Assembly (NCBI GenBank): GCA_964016885.1
Contig: OZ024745.1
Coordinates: 83,576,001 to 83,640,000, forward strand
Source: Eledone cirrhosa
Taxonomy: Eukaryota
DNA: 64,000 bases
Reading direction: 5' to 3'
Shown here: positions 61,953 to 64,000 of the stretch, piece by piece
Layout of the letters: every line of letters begins with the position of its first letter
Position numbering within the stretch: the first letter of the stretch is position 1
Translations under genes and position numbers: made by a program
The notes under the pieces: generated by a model
Told to the model about the DNA's origin: nothing
The model's input: the letters and a program-made list of their open reading frames with translations, nothing else
Databases searched by the model: none

Positions 61953-64000
61953 TTTCATTTATTGGCCACAAGGGCCGACATATAGGGGACAACGCAATAG
62001 ACAGGGACAGTGGGGGTTTACATAGAGATCGAGTAAGTATAAATAACAAAAAACAAAATAACAATAAAAATACAACAATGAAAGTTCCCCAATAAGAGGG
62101 ATCACCACCCAGGGTTGACTCAAGTACCCCACCAGTCCTGAGCCATCCGACGCTCCTAGGGCACCCGGGAAGGGCACCCCTCTCCTTCTCGAATTCACCA
62201 GCCTACAGGCGCATAATCAGAGTAGGCCCACTCACGCGGGCCATTCTCGCCACATTCACCCACCTTTCAGTAAATGTACTGGGGGGCAGCACTTCTCTCT
62301 CCACCCTCACCTTCCTTTCCAAGTGAAACTTGAAGAAGTTGATGAGGGATTGGCCGAAGAGAAAAGTGTCTGTCTTCAGTCCTTTCAACCTGGTCCACCA
62401 TGCAACCTCTTTCGCTACTGCCACCAGGCAGAGGAAAATTGCCTGCCCTTCCTGACCAAAAGAAGGCGGCGGGTCAATCTTCACTATGGACTCGGACGAT
62501 AGCCGGATCCGTTCTACACGCGACAATAGCTGTTCGACATAACCCCACAAGTCAGCAATGCACGGACACTGGACGAGTGCGTGCAGAACGGTTTCGTCGC
62601 TCTGCGCGCATCTCGGGCAGGTTCGTCTGACAGCACTTCCGTGCCTGTAGAGTTTATCCCGAACCGGCAGCGCCCCCCGGTAGCACTGCCAAGCGAGGGA
62701 TTTCTGGAAGTTATCCATCGTCCCCGGCTCGAAAGTCCTCCGGAACATACTGGTCAGTTCTACTTCGTTGACGCCCAGAGCCTCTCCTAGTACGTCATCG
62801 CACTTGCCCTCCACTAATCCTCTATAGAAATCTTGAGTGGAAGTTCCACTGACCGCATTGCTCACCTTGCAGAGTGCAGTGAGCGCCTGGCAACATTCCA
62901 GATGCCAGTCGCCCAGTCTCGGTCTCTTCTTGACCCAGGACTGCAGCTCAGTCAAAGAGATGAGCTGCGGAAAGGCCTATCTAACAAACGGCGACCACAC
63001 CTGTTCACCGTTTAGGCAAAATATCTGGAGATGTCGCAGCCTCAGCGCATGTCTGCGCATCATTAGCCACGGCATGCCCAGCCCTCCACGAAGAGGGTGC
63101 TGGCAGCAGATGGACCGCCTCACCAACGGGACCCGTCCCCTCCACAAAAATTTGAAAAGGAGCCGTTCCAAATTGGCGAGGCGTGGACGGGGGCAAGGCA
63201 CGACGGTCAGGCGGTAGTAGATGACGGACGCGATGTACGCGTTCGCCACCTCCGCCCGCCCTTTCAGTGATAGCTTTCTCTCAGCCCATTTCTGGGTGAG
63301 GTTGGCTATCCTGCTCGTCACCTCGTCCCAATTCTTATCCACCTGGAGGTCTGGTCCGAACCAAACCCCGAGCAACTTTACCGGTCCGTCTGTCCAGCGC
63401 CCAACGACGCTGTTGGACGGCATGGACTTGCCTCTCCAGGTGCCGAGCTGCAAGCCCACCGACTTTTCCGGGTTAAGTTTTGCTCCCGTCAACCTTTCAT
63501 ATTCCTCCAAATGGGTGCGGATCACCTCGATTTCCGAGGTGTCCGACACCATCACGGTGATGTCGTCCGCATAAGCGGACGCAGCCTTTCTACGTCCCGG
63601 TTCGAGCGGGATGCCCTGCAACAACTCCAGCTTCCGCAGTAGAGGCTCAAGAGTCAATGCGTACAGAAGTGAGGAGAGAGGGCACCCTTGACGGACCGAT
63701 CGAGAGATCTGAAACGGTTCCGAGAGGTGGCCATTAACTTTGACCACCGAGCAGATGCCGCTGTACATTGCAGCGATCCAGCTTCTGAAGACGGGGCCGA
63801 AGCCAGCCGCCTCGAGGACAGCCTCCAAGTACCGATGGTCGACCCTATCGAATGCTTTCGATTGATCTAAATTGATCAGAGCCCCACCGAAGCCAGGTTT
63901 GCACCCAACCCTCTCTATGATGTATCGCATGAGGTGGAGGTTGTCGTGTATGGACCTGGTCAGGATTGCGCAAGTTTGCGCCTCCCCAACCAAATCTTTG
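61953..64000 (-). mobile_element. Tx1 lineage-B 3' part inserted in the Dong B (AAT)n tail, running off the window
   Basis: LDQSKAFD, RQGCPLS, YADD and CPRC..H..C, with one in-frame TAG at 62977-62979. Confidence 0.92.

Overview
AT-rich eukaryotic (metazoan) repeat-dense DNA with no recognisable host gene. The Nin-type SINEs and dense (TA)n/(CA)n tracts resemble octopus DNA, but this is inference. The window is a nested cluster of mobile elements. It holds two families of R4/Dong-type RLE retrotransposons (one copy intact apart from a single stop) and six or more Tx1/L1-clade copies. It also holds two large Penelope-like elements (PLEs) with inverted pseudo-LTRs, RTE fragments, Helitrons, SINEs and MITEs. 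Four patterns stand out. (1) Each retroelement family sits in its own microsatellite: Dong in (AAT)n, one Tx1 lineage in (TATC)n, another Tx1 lineage in (ATT)n, and PLEs in (TA)n. (2) Both PLEs carry minimal hammerhead-ribozyme folds with non-canonical cores. (3) A family of short palindromic (TA)n insertions appears to fold back at hammerhead stem II. (4) Splice-signal-like sequence is conserved between Tx1 ORF1 and ORF2. All calls are by eye, with no searches or folding run, and boundaries are approximate.
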